DNA of 63,407 nucleotides, the filler included, from Neoconidiobolus thromboides FSU 785 (lineage: Eukaryota > Fungi > Entomophthoromycota): NCBI GenBank assembly GCA_025603075.1. It is 7 parts of 7 records of this genome, joined end to end, with 100 filler letters (N's around TTAATTAATTAA, not from the genome) between each part and the next. Parts side by side here need not be neighbours in the genome. Positions count along the whole stretch, not along the records: positions 1 to 9,542 come from MU626661.1; positions 9,643 to 17,263 come from MU626702.1; 5 more parts are not named here. The stretch is one strand, 5' to 3'. Every line of letters starts with the position of its first letter. Position 1 is the first letter of the stretch. The position numbers and the translations under genes are program-made. Below are positions 1-11,390 of this stretch, piece by piece. The notes below the pieces were generated by a model. The model saw only the letters and a list, made by a program, of their open reading frames with translations. It did no database searches and was not told the origin of the DNA.

Positions 1-245
1 CAATGGAGTGCTTTGTAACTTGGCCATCAAAATTTTTTCAGCTGTTGACTGTAAACTAAATTTAATTCTATCTTTATGCACCTCCTTCTTTTTTCTATAA
101 CTACCTCTCTATTATCTTTGATTTCTCTTAAAAATTGATTTACCCAAATGCTAGCATCAGTGGTTGATATTTTTTAATCTAAACTTCCTAATTCAACTAT
201 TTCCCCTTCCGAATTTATTATACTCCATAAGCCTTGTACTCCCAT
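1..245 (-). pseudogene. XPG/RAD2-family nuclease N-terminal fragment, disrupted
   Basis: ATG at 245 reads MGVQGLWSIINSEGEIVELGSLD*KISTTDASIWVNQFLREIKDN, then a degraded FDG motif near 30; matches the XPG-N signature MGV.GLW...DASIW..QF...FDG; in-frame TAA at 174-176 and further stops. Confidence 0.75.
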
Positions 246-1630
246 TTTACTTTTATATTAAACGAAATGAATTAAATCAAAAGGTAGCTTTTGTTTTAAT
301 GGCTTATTTCACTTTATATAAGTTTTAGCTTAAATTAAATGGTTTTAAATTGTGACGAAACTTCAATTATTTCAAATTTGAAATTAATTTATTAGAATTA
401 TAAGTATTTTGATATAAGATATATAATGTTAAATAAAAAAAATTAAATATTGAATTACAGCTTAATATAATTTGCTTAGAAGTTTACTTCAGAATTTTTT
501 AAAAGTTAAGATGAGCAGTTCAATTATGATATCTAAAAATCATCGTGAAAGCAGAGGAAGCTGGGCTACGTCAAAGCCTTCTCCTATTCTTAGAAGTTGA
601 GTTACAATCAAATCCACCCTGCTAGTATAAATATAATAAATAAATTCCATTACAAAACTTAACTTTCATGTAGTTACAAAGTAGAGTAAAAAATATATAC
701 TTTAAAATAAATCATAGAAAAGACTTGGTCACATGATTATGAATTTAGTTAAATCCTTAATTTTCGAATTAGTTATATTACACACTGTATAATTTTAAAA
801 AATGAGGATTGGGTTAATAATCATAATTATCACAATTTTAAATAATATTACATATTTAAAATAAATATGATAAAAACTTATATGGAAAGTATTAATATAA
901 TATGGTCTCTTTTATTAATTTATATTCTTGTTATAGCCGAAACAAACTATTCGACAATAGCAATATTTAGATCACTTTATTAAACTTTTCATAATATTTT
1001 TAATAATCAAATAAATAAAAATTAACCCCTAAAAATCGATAATGTAATAGTTACCTGAGTGCTAATGTTGCTTTTTGATCTTATAATTAACTTTAAAGCA
1101 AATCTGACTGAGTTCAAACTGTAAGAATAAACTCAATCAATTCAATTATTCTTAAATTAATTTAAAGTGTAAAATAGTCAACCTATTGATGTCAGCATTT
1201 TCAGGAAATTTAAGACTTGGCATAAGTCATTTTGATTGGTTAAGAACAAAAAAGCTGCAACTTCGAACTGACGATTAAACATAATAAATTACCTATAAAA
1301 ATATCAAACAATAAACTACTATTATTATTTTTTAAAAGGTACCGCTTTGGAGGATCTACTTTATAAAAAACCTTTTTTCTAATAATTTAAAACTTTACAA
1401 CTAAAATTATGTTTTTTATTTCATTTATTTTAATAAATCATGCTTAAATATAATCTATGCTAAAGTCAGTGTTTAATAAAATATAGTATAAGGTTTAGCT
1501 TTTACACATCAAAATCAAAGCTTAGAAAATACTATAAAAACTTAAAACAGTATAAAAAAGTTTAATATGACTTTTAATTTTTTTAGCTAATTTAACTAAA
1601 ATTAAATAATAAAACCAATATCATTTCAAC

Positions 1631-1711
1631 AAGGATGTTTTTTTTGACTTCATCACTTTTTCCATTTTTCAAGCACTGCTTGAGCAGAAAAATTGTTGGT
1701 AAAATTCTTAA
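1631..1711. mobile_element. MITE family 1, partial copy (orientation B)
   Basis: Matches the family consensus GGATGTTTTTTTGACTTCAT...GAGCAGAAAAATTGTTGGTAAAATTCTTA; 3' end missing. Confidence 0.85.
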
Positions 1712-1751
1712 TATTAGGGGATGTAGTTTTATTTTAAGTCATTTATTATAT

Positions 1752-1850
1752 GGGGATGTAGTTTTATGTTTAAGAATTTTAGTAGTAATTTTTCTGCTCA
1801 AATAGTGCTTCAGAGATGGAAAAAGTAATGAAACCAAAAAAAACACCCCC
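1752..1850. mobile_element. MITE family 1, full copy (orientation A)
   Basis: GGGGATGT...ACACCCCC ends, ATAT on both flanks; a 22-bp end fragment also lies at 1717-1738. Confidence 0.9.
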
Positions 1851-1980
1851 ATATTTTTACTTAATTATCTTATTTTTTTAACTTTTAAAAAAGAAGTTAG
1901 CTTTTACTTTTTCTTCTTTTTTTATTTTATATTATATATGTAATATTTAATCTATTGTAACAAAATTATTTTTTAGTTAC

Positions 1981-2439
1981 TGTAAGATCTGGTACTCAGT
2001 GATTGGAGTCAATAACAGCTGTTGCTTGGTTGATTAGACTGTAAGTCGAAAGGTCTTATTTTATGCAACTAAGATACACTTGAATTATAAAGGATAGCAA
2101 GTAATAGGCTATGGAGTATGTAAGCCAAATAGAACAGATAACACTAGTGTAAAATCTACGAAAAGTACTATTAATAAAATTTAGTAGCTTTATTAAATTT
2201 ATGGGATATCAGGGAATAATTCAATTAAAAAACCTCAAATTACTATCTTCTAAGATCTCTTTTATACTCTGAAAAGTATAAATATCAAAATGAGAAGATA
2301 ATATTCTTTTGGATGAAGCTAGAAATTCTCATAGCAAATCAATCTAAAAGCGTGGTATTAACCGTCTCTGAGCTCGAGAACACAACAACTCAAGTGATTA
2401 TTATAATCAATCATGGAGCTGACAAAGTGATATTTCATA
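1981..2439 (+). mobile_element. Solo-LTR-like element (family L), full copy
   Basis: TGTAAGAT...ATTTCATA ends, TTAC duplicated on both flanks, homologous to 7 other copies. Confidence 0.85.
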
Positions 2440-2561
2440 TTACTCAATATAATTAGTTGAATTTAAAAAGCTTAAGATTAAATAAAGAAATTTAACTTAA
2501 AAGACTTACTTTAATTATTCCGTCTTTTTATGTGCTTCGTATTATTTTTATTATTTAACAG

Positions 2562-2599
2562 ATATATAGTATACAAATATATAGTATACAAATATATAG
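2562..2599. repeat. 15-bp tandem repeat (ATATATAGTATACAA x2.5)
   Basis: Units at 2562-2576, 2577-2591 and a partial unit at 2592-2599, abutting a MITE end. Confidence 0.9.
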
Positions 2600-2696
2600 G
2601 GGGTGTTTTTTTTGGCTTTATTACTTTTTCATCTTTTAAGCGCTATTTGAGTGGAAAAATCATTAGTAAAATTCTTAAACACAGAAATACATCCCC
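2599..2696. mobile_element. MITE family 1 (orientation B)
   Basis: GGGGGTGT...ACATCCCC ends, central AGCGCT. Confidence 0.9.
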
Positions 2697-2919
2697 ACAT
2701 AGTTATTTAATTTTATTTTTTACTAAAATAAAAACAAAATGTAAGCTTTTATAACTAAACTTCAAAATGCAATTTTCAAATTTTTAATATAATAAGGAGA
2801 AACCTACTATGTAAACATTATAATTGATTTACATCAGCTTTAAAAATTGTTTATAATAACCTAGAGCTCATGAAGTTTTTGAAAATTTTATTATAAGTTT
2901 AGTACTATTAATAACAAAA

Positions 2920-3821
2920 TGTGAAATATCGCCTTGTCAGCTCTATGATTAATTATAGCATATCATAGACGATCAATCACATGTTCTTATTCTAATTTGC
3001 TATGAGAATTTCTAACTCCACTCCAAACAATATCATCCTCTCGTTTTGATATCCACACCTGTTGAACTATAAAAGAGATTTTAGAACAATAGTAACTTGA
3101 GGCTTTTTAACTGAATTATTCCTTGATATCGTTGCCTTTAATAAAGCCACTAAATCTTTTTCATAGTATTTTACGTAGATTTTGTAGCAGTATTATATAT
3201 TCTATTTGTCTTACATAGCCTGTGTAAAATATCGCTTTGTCAGTCCCATGGTTAATTATAACATAACAATCGCCTAAGCTGTTGTGTTCTCGAGTTCAGA
3301 AAAAATCAATCCCACGTTCTTAGTTTGATTTGTTATGAGAATTTCTAGCTCCATCCAAAAGAATATTATCTTCTCATTTTGATATTTATACTTTTCAGAG
3401 TATAAAAGAGTTTACAGAGTATAGCTGTTCGAGGCTTCTTAACTGAATTATTCCCTGATATCTCGAACATTTAGTAAAGCCACTAAGTTTTCTTAATAGT
3501 ATTTTACATAGGTTTTACATTAGTATTGTCTATTCTATTTGTCTTATATAGCTTGTAACCTATTACGTGCTATTCCTCATAACCCAAGTCTATCTTAGTC
3601 ACATAAACTAAGACTTTTCGACTTATAGAGTAGTCAACCCAGCAATAGCTGTTCTTGACTCCAAACCCTAAGTACCAGATTTCACACCTGCAGTATATTA
3701 CTTGCTATTCTTTATAATTCAAGTGTATCTTAGTTGCATAAAATAAGACCTTTCGACTTACAGTCTAATCAACCAAGCAACAGCTGTTATTGACTCCAAT
3801 CACTGAGTATCAGATTTCACA
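2920..3821 (-). mobile_element. Family L element interrupted by a second family L copy
   Basis: TGTGAAATATCG at 2920 and GATTTCACA at 3821; its two halves (2920-3222, 3687-3821) join to one colinear copy; no TSD (AAAA vs TTAT). Confidence 0.85.
3223..3686 (-). mobile_element. Family L element, full copy nested in another
   Basis: 464 bp, TGTAAAAT...ATTTCACA ends, CCTG duplicated at 3219-3222 and 3687-3690. Confidence 0.9.
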
Positions 3822-4039
3822 TTATATAAAATGTTAATGAAAAATAATATAGTTAAGAGATATAATAAGTTTGTTAAAAGTATTTATAATAAATTTTAAT
3901 TATATATAAACTTATGAACATGTTTAATTTTAATAGCAAAATCATTTAATTGAATCAATAATAATCATTATTTAAAAACTTTATATTTAACTTTATATAT
4001 TATTTTGAAATTAATTTATGGTTTTTTAGACTATTAATT

Positions 4040-4135
4040 GGGGGGTGTTTTTCTGGCTTCATTACTTTTTCTATCTTTTAAGCACTATTTAAATGGAAAA
4101 TTTATTAGTAAAATTAAACATAAAAATACATCCCC
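4040..4135. mobile_element. MITE family 1 (orientation B)
   Basis: GGGGGGTG...ACATCCCC; flanks AATT / ATAT. Confidence 0.9.
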
Positions 4136-4356
4136 ATATAGTAAAGGCTAAAGTTAAGGTTAGGAAGGTTGGTATTGGAGTCAAGGAAGTTAGAATTAGT
4201 GCAGGGTTTAATTTTTAATTAGCTAAAACACGTTAATAAGCTTCTGTCCATTTATTATTGACTTATTACTTAAAAATTGGTTCTATTCGAACAAACAAAA
4301 TTTAGTAAAGTGATCCCTATTTACCTTGATTGCGACCAATATTTGTGACAAGAAAT

Positions 4357-4454
4357 GGGGATGTATTTTATTATTTGAGAGTTTTACTAACACTTTTCCT
4401 ACTCAAATAGCGCTTAAAAAATGAAAAAAATAATGAAACAAAAAAAACATCCCC
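4357..4454. mobile_element. MITE family 1 (orientation A)
   Basis: GGGGATGT...ACATCCCC; AAAT on both flanks. Confidence 0.9.
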
Positions 4455-4767
4455 AAATTGTAATCAAAACCTTTTGTTATATCTAATATGTAACTGCTAT
4501 TTATTAAATTTTTTATAATGTTAACTTTTGAAACCAAAAGTAAGATCAATATGACAACGAAAGGTTGATATCAAATCCATTTTTTCATATTTAATAATTA
4601 TTGTTAGATTTCGATTTAGGTTTATAAATTATATTTAAGTTAAAATAGAGTCATCTTTTAAACTTTAGCAATATGGAAAATGATAAAAGTATGAGGCGAA
4701 CTATTGACTTAATTTTGGTATAGAAAAAAGATCATGGTTAGTTGATCATTAAAATTGTATGAAAAAA

Positions 4768-7142
4768 TTAAAGTTTATTTTTTAACCCCAAAATGTCTAA
4801 ATGAGTGATCTGGTTAATAACTCTAGAAAGCTCATTTTTAAACTGTTGATCCGAGTTCAAAGGATTGGCTTCTAAATCCTTAAACATTTTTTCATAAACA
4901 TTACCCTGCTTTAAACCGAGAGAAGAATTTAAAGTGAAATCAGAAAACTGGAAAGCATCCAAAATAGTGGCTACGTTAGGTACTAACACTTTAAATAGAC
5001 TCTTCAGCTTAGCTTGTAATAATGGGATTTGGGATGGACTTAGTAATTCATATTGAAAAAATTCACTTAAATTGGATAATAAAGTGTGGATAGAATAAAT
5101 TTCAAACAAAACAGTTAAGACTGGGAAGATGGACTGAGATTCATATTGTTGGATTTGTTGATAAAATTGAGTAACGGTCAAATATTGAGCAAAAGCATCG
5201 GATAACTTGATAGACTCTAAATTTAATAATTCAAATTTAGTTTGCATATTCAATTGGTAAAACTCATTTAATTGGGAATAAAGTCTTGATGAAAATAATT
5301 GAATCAAGCTAGTAGGATTTAATTCCAAGCTGGAACTTATTACAGACACTTTACTTTTTTCAGCTTTGATATCTTTAAACTCCTTAACTATATAGTCAAT
5401 ATCTTCATCTCTGTTAATGATTTTTTTATACTGTTTTACTAAATATCTTGCTGTTTGTTGAGTTAGTAAACTGTTATCTCCTTCATATGTCATTGAAGCA
5501 ACAGTAGTATTAACTAAATTAGGCATATTGGAAGAGGCCAAATAACTAGTATTGATCGTTATTAGTATATAATCAAATGTAAAATCAAAATTACCCATGT
5601 CCACCCAAAGTTCTTCTAGCAATTTCAACGCCATCCGCACTAATTTGGGTGGTGTACACTTTCAAAGCAGTTGAAATGGCATGAGAGCTGCCTAATAAAG
5701 ACACATCTCCATCAACTTGGATTTTGTTTATCATTTTCTTATAAACTTCTTTCATCCATTTTGATACTAAATTTAATGCAAACACGGAAGCTAATAAAGT
5801 AAATAACTTATATTGGACTGTAATATAGTTGATGATTTGTGGTTCTTGCTTTATACTATTCGGTTGTGAACCTTGGCGACGTACTAAACTGTATCTTAGC
5901 GCTATCACGCAGGTTCGTGCTAATGGAATCCATGCTCCTTCTATTACCATTACCCTGGTTCCGGTCTATAAAGTTGATAATTGAATTATATAAGAGCTCA
6001 AAGGACTTACCATTACAGCATATACCAATTTGGAGTGAGGCGGACTTGTGTAAATACCGTTTTCGTCCACTTTTGAAAACTTCATCAACATATTTTCTCG
6101 TGGTATCTTTACTTGGTTAAACATAGCACAGCCTATAATATAAATGATAAAAACTGTAATTCACAATAAAAAATTAAAGTTTACCATTATCTACTGTAGC
6201 AAACCCCATTTTAGGCCCAATGTCATATAGTTTAATACCTGGTAGGATACTATTATTTTCAATGGACCTTAATGGTACTATAAACCCATGGGGTCCATAG
6301 CACTTGCCCTTGATATACAATTGTGCATAAAGCAAACAATGGTTACTGAAATTCGCTAAGCCTCCAGGCCAAAATTTAGCCGACTATAGTAAACATTGAG
6401 TTATTGTATTTGTATTATAACAGTACGATTCAATTACGCTAATAGTTGGGGAATGGATAATAAAGGAATCACTGGTTGGATCGTAAGTGGCAGTGGTTTC
6501 CAAATTAGATAGTGCACTGCCATGACCTAGTTCGGTTTGTGCATAACTAGTTCAATTTAATAAGAACAGTAAACTATTTTTATCTTGATATTACCATCCT
6601 AGTACTTTAAACTGATTAATTTTGTCTAACCAAGGCTTATTTTGAATAGAATCCATTTGAGTGTTTACAGCGTTTACAAATATGCTGTGAAGGTATAACT
6701 AGTTATCGTAATTAACATATGTTCTGCATACATAAATTTATACTTACAGGATTAGGTACATCAATAATTGATATTATAATGTTAACATCTTCATCACTCA
6801 GGCTATATATCGCTTTTAGCTCAAGAATCCTTTTAGCTACATTAAAATTCCACTGTATGGCCTAGAAACAAACCATTAACTACACGTATGTATTTAAAAT
6901 TATATCATTACTTCTTTCCTATCCATATAGATAAGCTTTTCCTTATTAAAAGCGCGATCCTTTTCAACAATATTTGTAAGCTTTAGTATATGCTCCAAGT
7001 TTTGTTTAGAATCATAAATCAAACAGCTTAACTCATCTTCATTGAAGGTTTTAGTTTTTCGATTGACTGCTAAATCAATAGCTTGTTGGGAAGAATAGTC
7101 TGTAATCATATTTTTTAAATTATAAAATATTACAGTTTCCAT
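4768..7142 (-). CDS. POX1: Peroxisomal acyl-CoA oxidase, multi-exon
   Basis: Motifs [48 protein letters not shown]; a 49-bp intron (5546-5594) joins GGHG|YLASS; C-terminus -NKL resembles PTS1; exact start codon uncertain. Confidence 0.93.
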
Positions 7143-7200
7143 TCTTTTGTTTTTATAGTATATTTGTTTTTGTGATCACTTGGTGTCGTTTTTTTTGGAT

Positions 7201-7208
7201 TTACGTCA
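7201..7208. promoter_or_regulatory. CRE-like motif TTACGTCA
   Basis: 59 bp upstream of the acyl-CoA oxidase ATG; same octamer at 16118 and 52247. Confidence 0.35.
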
Positions 7209-7366
7209 TCATTTCTCTTTTTCAACTGTTGTGGACTCTACCTTCCTTAATGCCAATCTTTTTACTATATTTAGTTATTTTAATATCGAATGTTTGACAT
7301 TAAAACAAATTAAAAGTTGTTAGAAAATATCGAAATAACATTAATTTTTATTAAATAATACTATAT

Positions 7367-7461
7367 GGTGATGTTTTTTTGGTTTCATTATTTTCCATTT
7401 TTTAAGCGCTATTTGAGTGGAAAGATTGTAGTAAAATTCTTAAACAAAAAAACACATCCCC
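7367..7461. mobile_element. MITE family 1 (orientation B)
   Basis: ATAT on both flanks; lies between the kinase stop and the acyl-CoA oxidase promoter. Confidence 0.9.
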
Positions 7462-7523
7462 ATATATTTTATGAATAATTAACACACATATATTATTTAT
7501 TTATTGTATAATAACAAAACCAA

Positions 7524-9199
7524 CTATTTTCTCAAAGCAGTATTACTAGACTCCTCATCGGCGTTGTTAACCAACATTTCAAAAGGGTCAACTTCTCTTG
7601 AGGAAAATAAGGTATCAGTATTATTTATGGTTGTTGTAGTAGTAGTAGAAATACTAGGCAAATCACTGCTCTTTAATAACTCACTCGGGTTAATTTTATT
7701 TTTGTTTCTACTTGGTCTTCCTCGACGCATAGGTACTATATTTTCAGTCTGAAAATCAAATTGATTGGTTGGTGGGTAAATAGCTGCTTTTTTAATTTCA
7801 TGGGTTTGGGTTGCAGGCGGAATTACCTCCTTTGGCTGTACTTGTACTTCTTGTTTATATGTATCTATCTTCTAAAATTATTTTATTTTATTTTAATTAA
7901 ATGGATTTTTATGAAATAAAATGTAATAATTACCTCTTTAAGATTACATGGGACATTTCTCAGCTTTGAAACTTGTAAAACAATTTGGTAAATATTAGGT
8001 CTTTGCAATGGATCTTCTTGGAGCATATCGTTAATCAATTTTAATATAGGATTGGGTATCATTGGCTTTGCTGGAAATTCAAACTTGCAATTCAATATAG
8101 CCAACTTCCCAACTTCTTCGAAAGGCGTAATAAAATAGCATAGTTTATACAGTAAGATTCCCAAAGCCCATATGTCCATCTTTTCTCCTAAACCTCGTCT
8201 CATATAAAGATCAATAGTTTCTGGTGCCCTATATTGTAAGGTTGTACATGAGTCAAGTTCGATTTCTAATTGTGTTGCTTTAGCTACTGGTAATGAAGTG
8301 TTTGGAGGTATAATTTCGGTAGTCCCTGAACCAAAATCACACAATTTAAAACGCTTATTATAGCTAATTAATACATTCTCAACCTAATTAAATTTAATAA
8401 ATAAATATATTACTTGTATATACTGTACCTACCTTTATATCCCTATGTACTATAGCAGGTTCATGATAATGCATCGCAGCGACACCCTTGATGAAAAGTT
8501 AGTATTAGTCAAATTAAGGATAATAACAAATACCATGCATATATCATGAAATAAGAATAGAATCTCTTTTTCATTAAAAAATACTGGTTCCCTTGACTTC
8601 ATTAAATCAAATAAAGTGCCATCTAATAATAATGATATAAATGTAAAAATTATTATTGATGTTAATTTAAATTACCTGAACAATACTCCATTAAAATAAA
8701 AGCTTCATAAGAACCAGACCCATCTCGTAAAGGGTGGATCGTAGAAGCATAATAGTCTACAATATTCATATTTCCACTTAATGATTTCTAATATAGTTTA
8801 TATATTTATATATTATTTTTTAACTTAAATTACCATGAACTTAATTTCATTTTTCAATTTTTCCAATTCATTATTATCACTAATAACTACTCTTTTAAGT
8901 ACCATCTTATTACTATTTAGCTTGAGATCTACAGGCATTTGCGTTACAGCAGCCAAATAAACATGAGCATAGGTACCCTCGGCTAAAAATTTCAACAACT
9001 GAACTTGGTACCCTTCAATGGTATAAATTTGGTTAGTTTTTAAAGTACCAGGATATAAAATAGTTTGAATAGGTTCAGCCTGTTGATTTTGATCACTTTC
9101 GGCCTGATTCTCTTTTTTATAAAACTGCTCAAAGCTTGCCTGAGCTTTAGTAAATTGTGTGTTAGCCTCATTATTTATCCTTTCTAAGAAATTATCCAT
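7524..9199 (-). CDS. Ser/Thr kinase of the NAK (Ark1/Prk1/AAK1) family, multi-exon
   Basis: LAEGTYAHVYLA, VLKRV, spliced IVHRDIK|VENVLI, KLCDFGS, TTLQYRAPE.IDLY, KMDIWALG, YFITPFE. Confidence 0.9.
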
Positions 9200-9476
9200 T
9201 TTAAAAGTATAAAAAATAAATGCTAAAAAATAGTTTACTACTGTTTATGCTAAAAATAGGCACTATTTGTAATATTAAACCTTCAATCTTTGATTTTATT
9301 GGATTAGTTATTTGTTCAGTTTGAGAAATTGTTTCGTTAGTAAATTCTCATTCAAGTCATATTAAATAGTAACCTGTAAGCTATCAAACTTTATAATTAA
9401 TTTTAATTAATTATTCATTATATGCAACATATATGCTAATATACAACTATTAAACAATACACCACTATTCATATAT

Positions 9477-9542
9477 GGGGTTGTCTGAATTAGTTTCATT
9501 ATTTTATCCAATTTTTGAAAAATTTTGTATTTTAAAAACTTC
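9477..9542. mobile_element. Long family 2 element, left end running into a gap
   Basis: ATAT|GGGGTTGTCTGAATT...; 66 bp identical to 30823-30888. Confidence 0.8.
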
Positions 9543-9642
9543 NNNNNNNNNNNNNNNNNNNNNNNNNNNNNNNNNNNNNNNNNNNNTTAATTAATTAANN
9601 NNNNNNNNNNNNNNNNNNNNNNNNNNNNNNNNNNNNNNNNNN
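9543..9642. other. Assembly gap with artificial TTAATTAATTAA spacer
   Basis: 44 N + 12-mer + 44 N; same layout at 17264, 23925, 31135, 33011, 34344; a plain 170-N gap at 22181-22350. Confidence 0.97.
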
Positions 9643-10161
9643 CCGATTATCCATTAGTATTATAAAGATGAGATCCCTTTCGGTTTAAAATATTATATTT
9701 TGAAATAAAATGATTAATTAATAAAATGGCTTTATACTTCCTTAAAAGTAAACTATAATCCTATATGTTCTTATAGAAAGATAACATTTTTAGTCATAGA
9801 ATTGAACTTATTAAATTATGATGTTTACAAATACATTTATACTTTGAATACAATCACAAAATTATTGAGAGTATCAAAGCTAATTAGTAAACCCAAGGAA
9901 TTAAGTCAACATAAAATCTTTAATAAATTATTATTTAATTATATGATGATTTTAAATGTGACAAGTTGATTCATAGAATGTTACCTAACTATATTAGACA
10001 ATAATATCCCTCAATACAGATAGATTTATACGGATGCCAAGAAAAATGTATTATAGCTTTAATAGAATATACACAAATATTTGAAGAACAATCAATATCG
10101 TGCAATATATATATATATAAAGCATATAGATAATTTTATTTAGTAAATAATTAAAAATAAT

Positions 10162-10662
10162 ATGGAAAACAAATTTAAATTTATAAATTATGAAAATGAA
10201 CATTTTGAAAATAAAGCCAAGATGGAAGATGATTTATTAGAAGGAATAAAAGATAATATGAATGGTTTTAAAACAAGAGTTGTATATTCTAATGCTCATA
10301 TCACTCATTATTATGATATTGAAGTATTAAATCAATATATAAAAGAAGATGACTTAAATCTGATATCTAAATTCTACTCAATTACTGATCCTAAAATTAT
10401 TCGACTATTTAGTAAAACTAATATGTTATTTCTGATACAAAATGCCTCGATGCCAGCTTATAAATTAGCCTTATACTCTGTAATTTTAGTTACTTTATCT
10501 TTAATACCAGAACTAAACACAAATGGAGAATACGATCTTTACCTTTATAAAGTAAATGTTTTATTTAACTATGTTAACAAAACTTTGACATGTGATGATA
10601 TTTCGGATTCAATGATTTACTATATTAATAAAGCAATGAGATTGCTACAGCATATATTATAA
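10162..10662 (+). CDS. Hypothetical 166-aa protein, paralog of 10827-11390
   Basis: Intronless ORF; C-terminal ~105 aa align by eye with the neighbouring ORF (FLIQNASMPAYKL / FLKQNSNIPSYKL; YLYKVNVLF / YLYKVNLLF; MIYYINKAMRLL / MIYYVNVAISLL). Confidence 0.7.
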   Translation: MENKFKFINYENEHFENKAKMEDDLLEGIKDNMNGFKTRVVYSNAHITHYYDIEVLNQYIKEDDLNLISKFYSITDPKIIRLFSKTNMLFLIQNASMPAYKLALYSVILVTLSLIPELNTNGEYDLYLYKVNVLFNYVNKTLTCDDISDSMIYYINKAMRLLQHIL

Positions 10663-10663
10663 T

Positions 10664-10761
10664 AGAAAGTTTTTTTTTGATTTTATTACTTTTCCGTTTT
10701 TTAAGCGCTATTTAAGCGGAAAGATTGTTAGTAAAACTCTTAAATAAAAAAATACATTCTC
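10664..10761. mobile_element. MITE family 1 (orientation B), degenerate left end
   Basis: Internal consensus with AGCGCT, ends CATTCTC|ATAT; begins immediately after the stop of 10162-10662. Confidence 0.85.
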
Positions 10762-10826
10762 ATATGCTTTTTAAATAAAACAGTAATGAAAGTTGAACTA
10801 GCGTAAAAGTAAATTTAATAAAATAA

Positions 10827-11390
10827 CTAATTGGTAGGGTGGGGTAAATAAGAAAGTAGCGAAATAGCAACATTAACATAATAAATCATATTATATCGAA
10901 GCTGATTTGAAGCAGAGCTTTCGTTAATATGATGAAATAACAAGTTTACTTTGTATAGATAATCATCAAAGTTTATTTTTGGGTCAACTATAGGATTATA
11001 GTGCAAACCAATTAAAATCAGTGATAACAAAACTAATTTGTAACTTGGGATATTTGAATTTTGCTTTAAAAATATGATCTCACTATCGTTTACCAAATTT
11101 CGTATTTCTTTTGTTTTGATCAAATAGAACCTATTTACTAAAGATAGTTCCAACCCACTTAATGCCTGTGTTAGTAAAAGATCATCTTTGTTTTTATACT
11201 CTGGTGCATTAGTTCCAACTATATATTGATTTCCCTTATGCTTGCTTTTGTTTTTAGTAGGTTCAATAATTAAATCTTCATTTAAAGATGGGTCTGTTTT
11301 GCTGCTTTTATCAAAATTCATCTTTTTAGAATAAACAATATCAATGAGCTTAAAATCAGAGCTAAAGGAAAAACTCTTGACAGTAACCAT
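10827..11390 (-). CDS. Hypothetical 187-aa protein, paralog of 10162-10662
   Basis: Intronless ORF, homology as above; start codon uncertain. Confidence 0.7.
   Translation of the reverse strand: MVTVKSFSFSSDFKLIDIVYSKKMNFDKSSKTDPSLNEDLIIEPTKNKSKHKGNQYIVGTNAPEYKNKDDLLLTQALSGLELSLVNRFYLIKTKEIRNLVNDSEIIFLKQNSNIPSYKLVLLSLILIGLHYNPIVDPKINFDDYLYKVNLLFHHINESSASNQLRYNMIYYVNVAISLLSYLPHPTN

Noticed and set aside
2530-2754. 74-aa ORF (likewise 15085-15270 and 57882-58076)
   Set aside because: Reads through MITE sequence; spurious
5591-5640. Overlapping frames in acyl-CoA oxidase suggesting a programmed frameshift
   Set aside because: Explained by a canonical 49-bp intron (5546-5594)
5839-6120. Antisense or alternate-frame ORFs over real genes (also 7504, 34550, 34597, 40748, 53943, 55344, 55358)
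   Set aside because: Shadow ORFs of well-supported genes with no independent motif
9587-9598. TTAATTAATTAA motif recurring inside N-runs (also 17308, 23969, 31179, 33054, 34388)
   Set aside because: Always centred in a 100-bp N block and encodes stops in all frames; it is an assembly spacer, not biology
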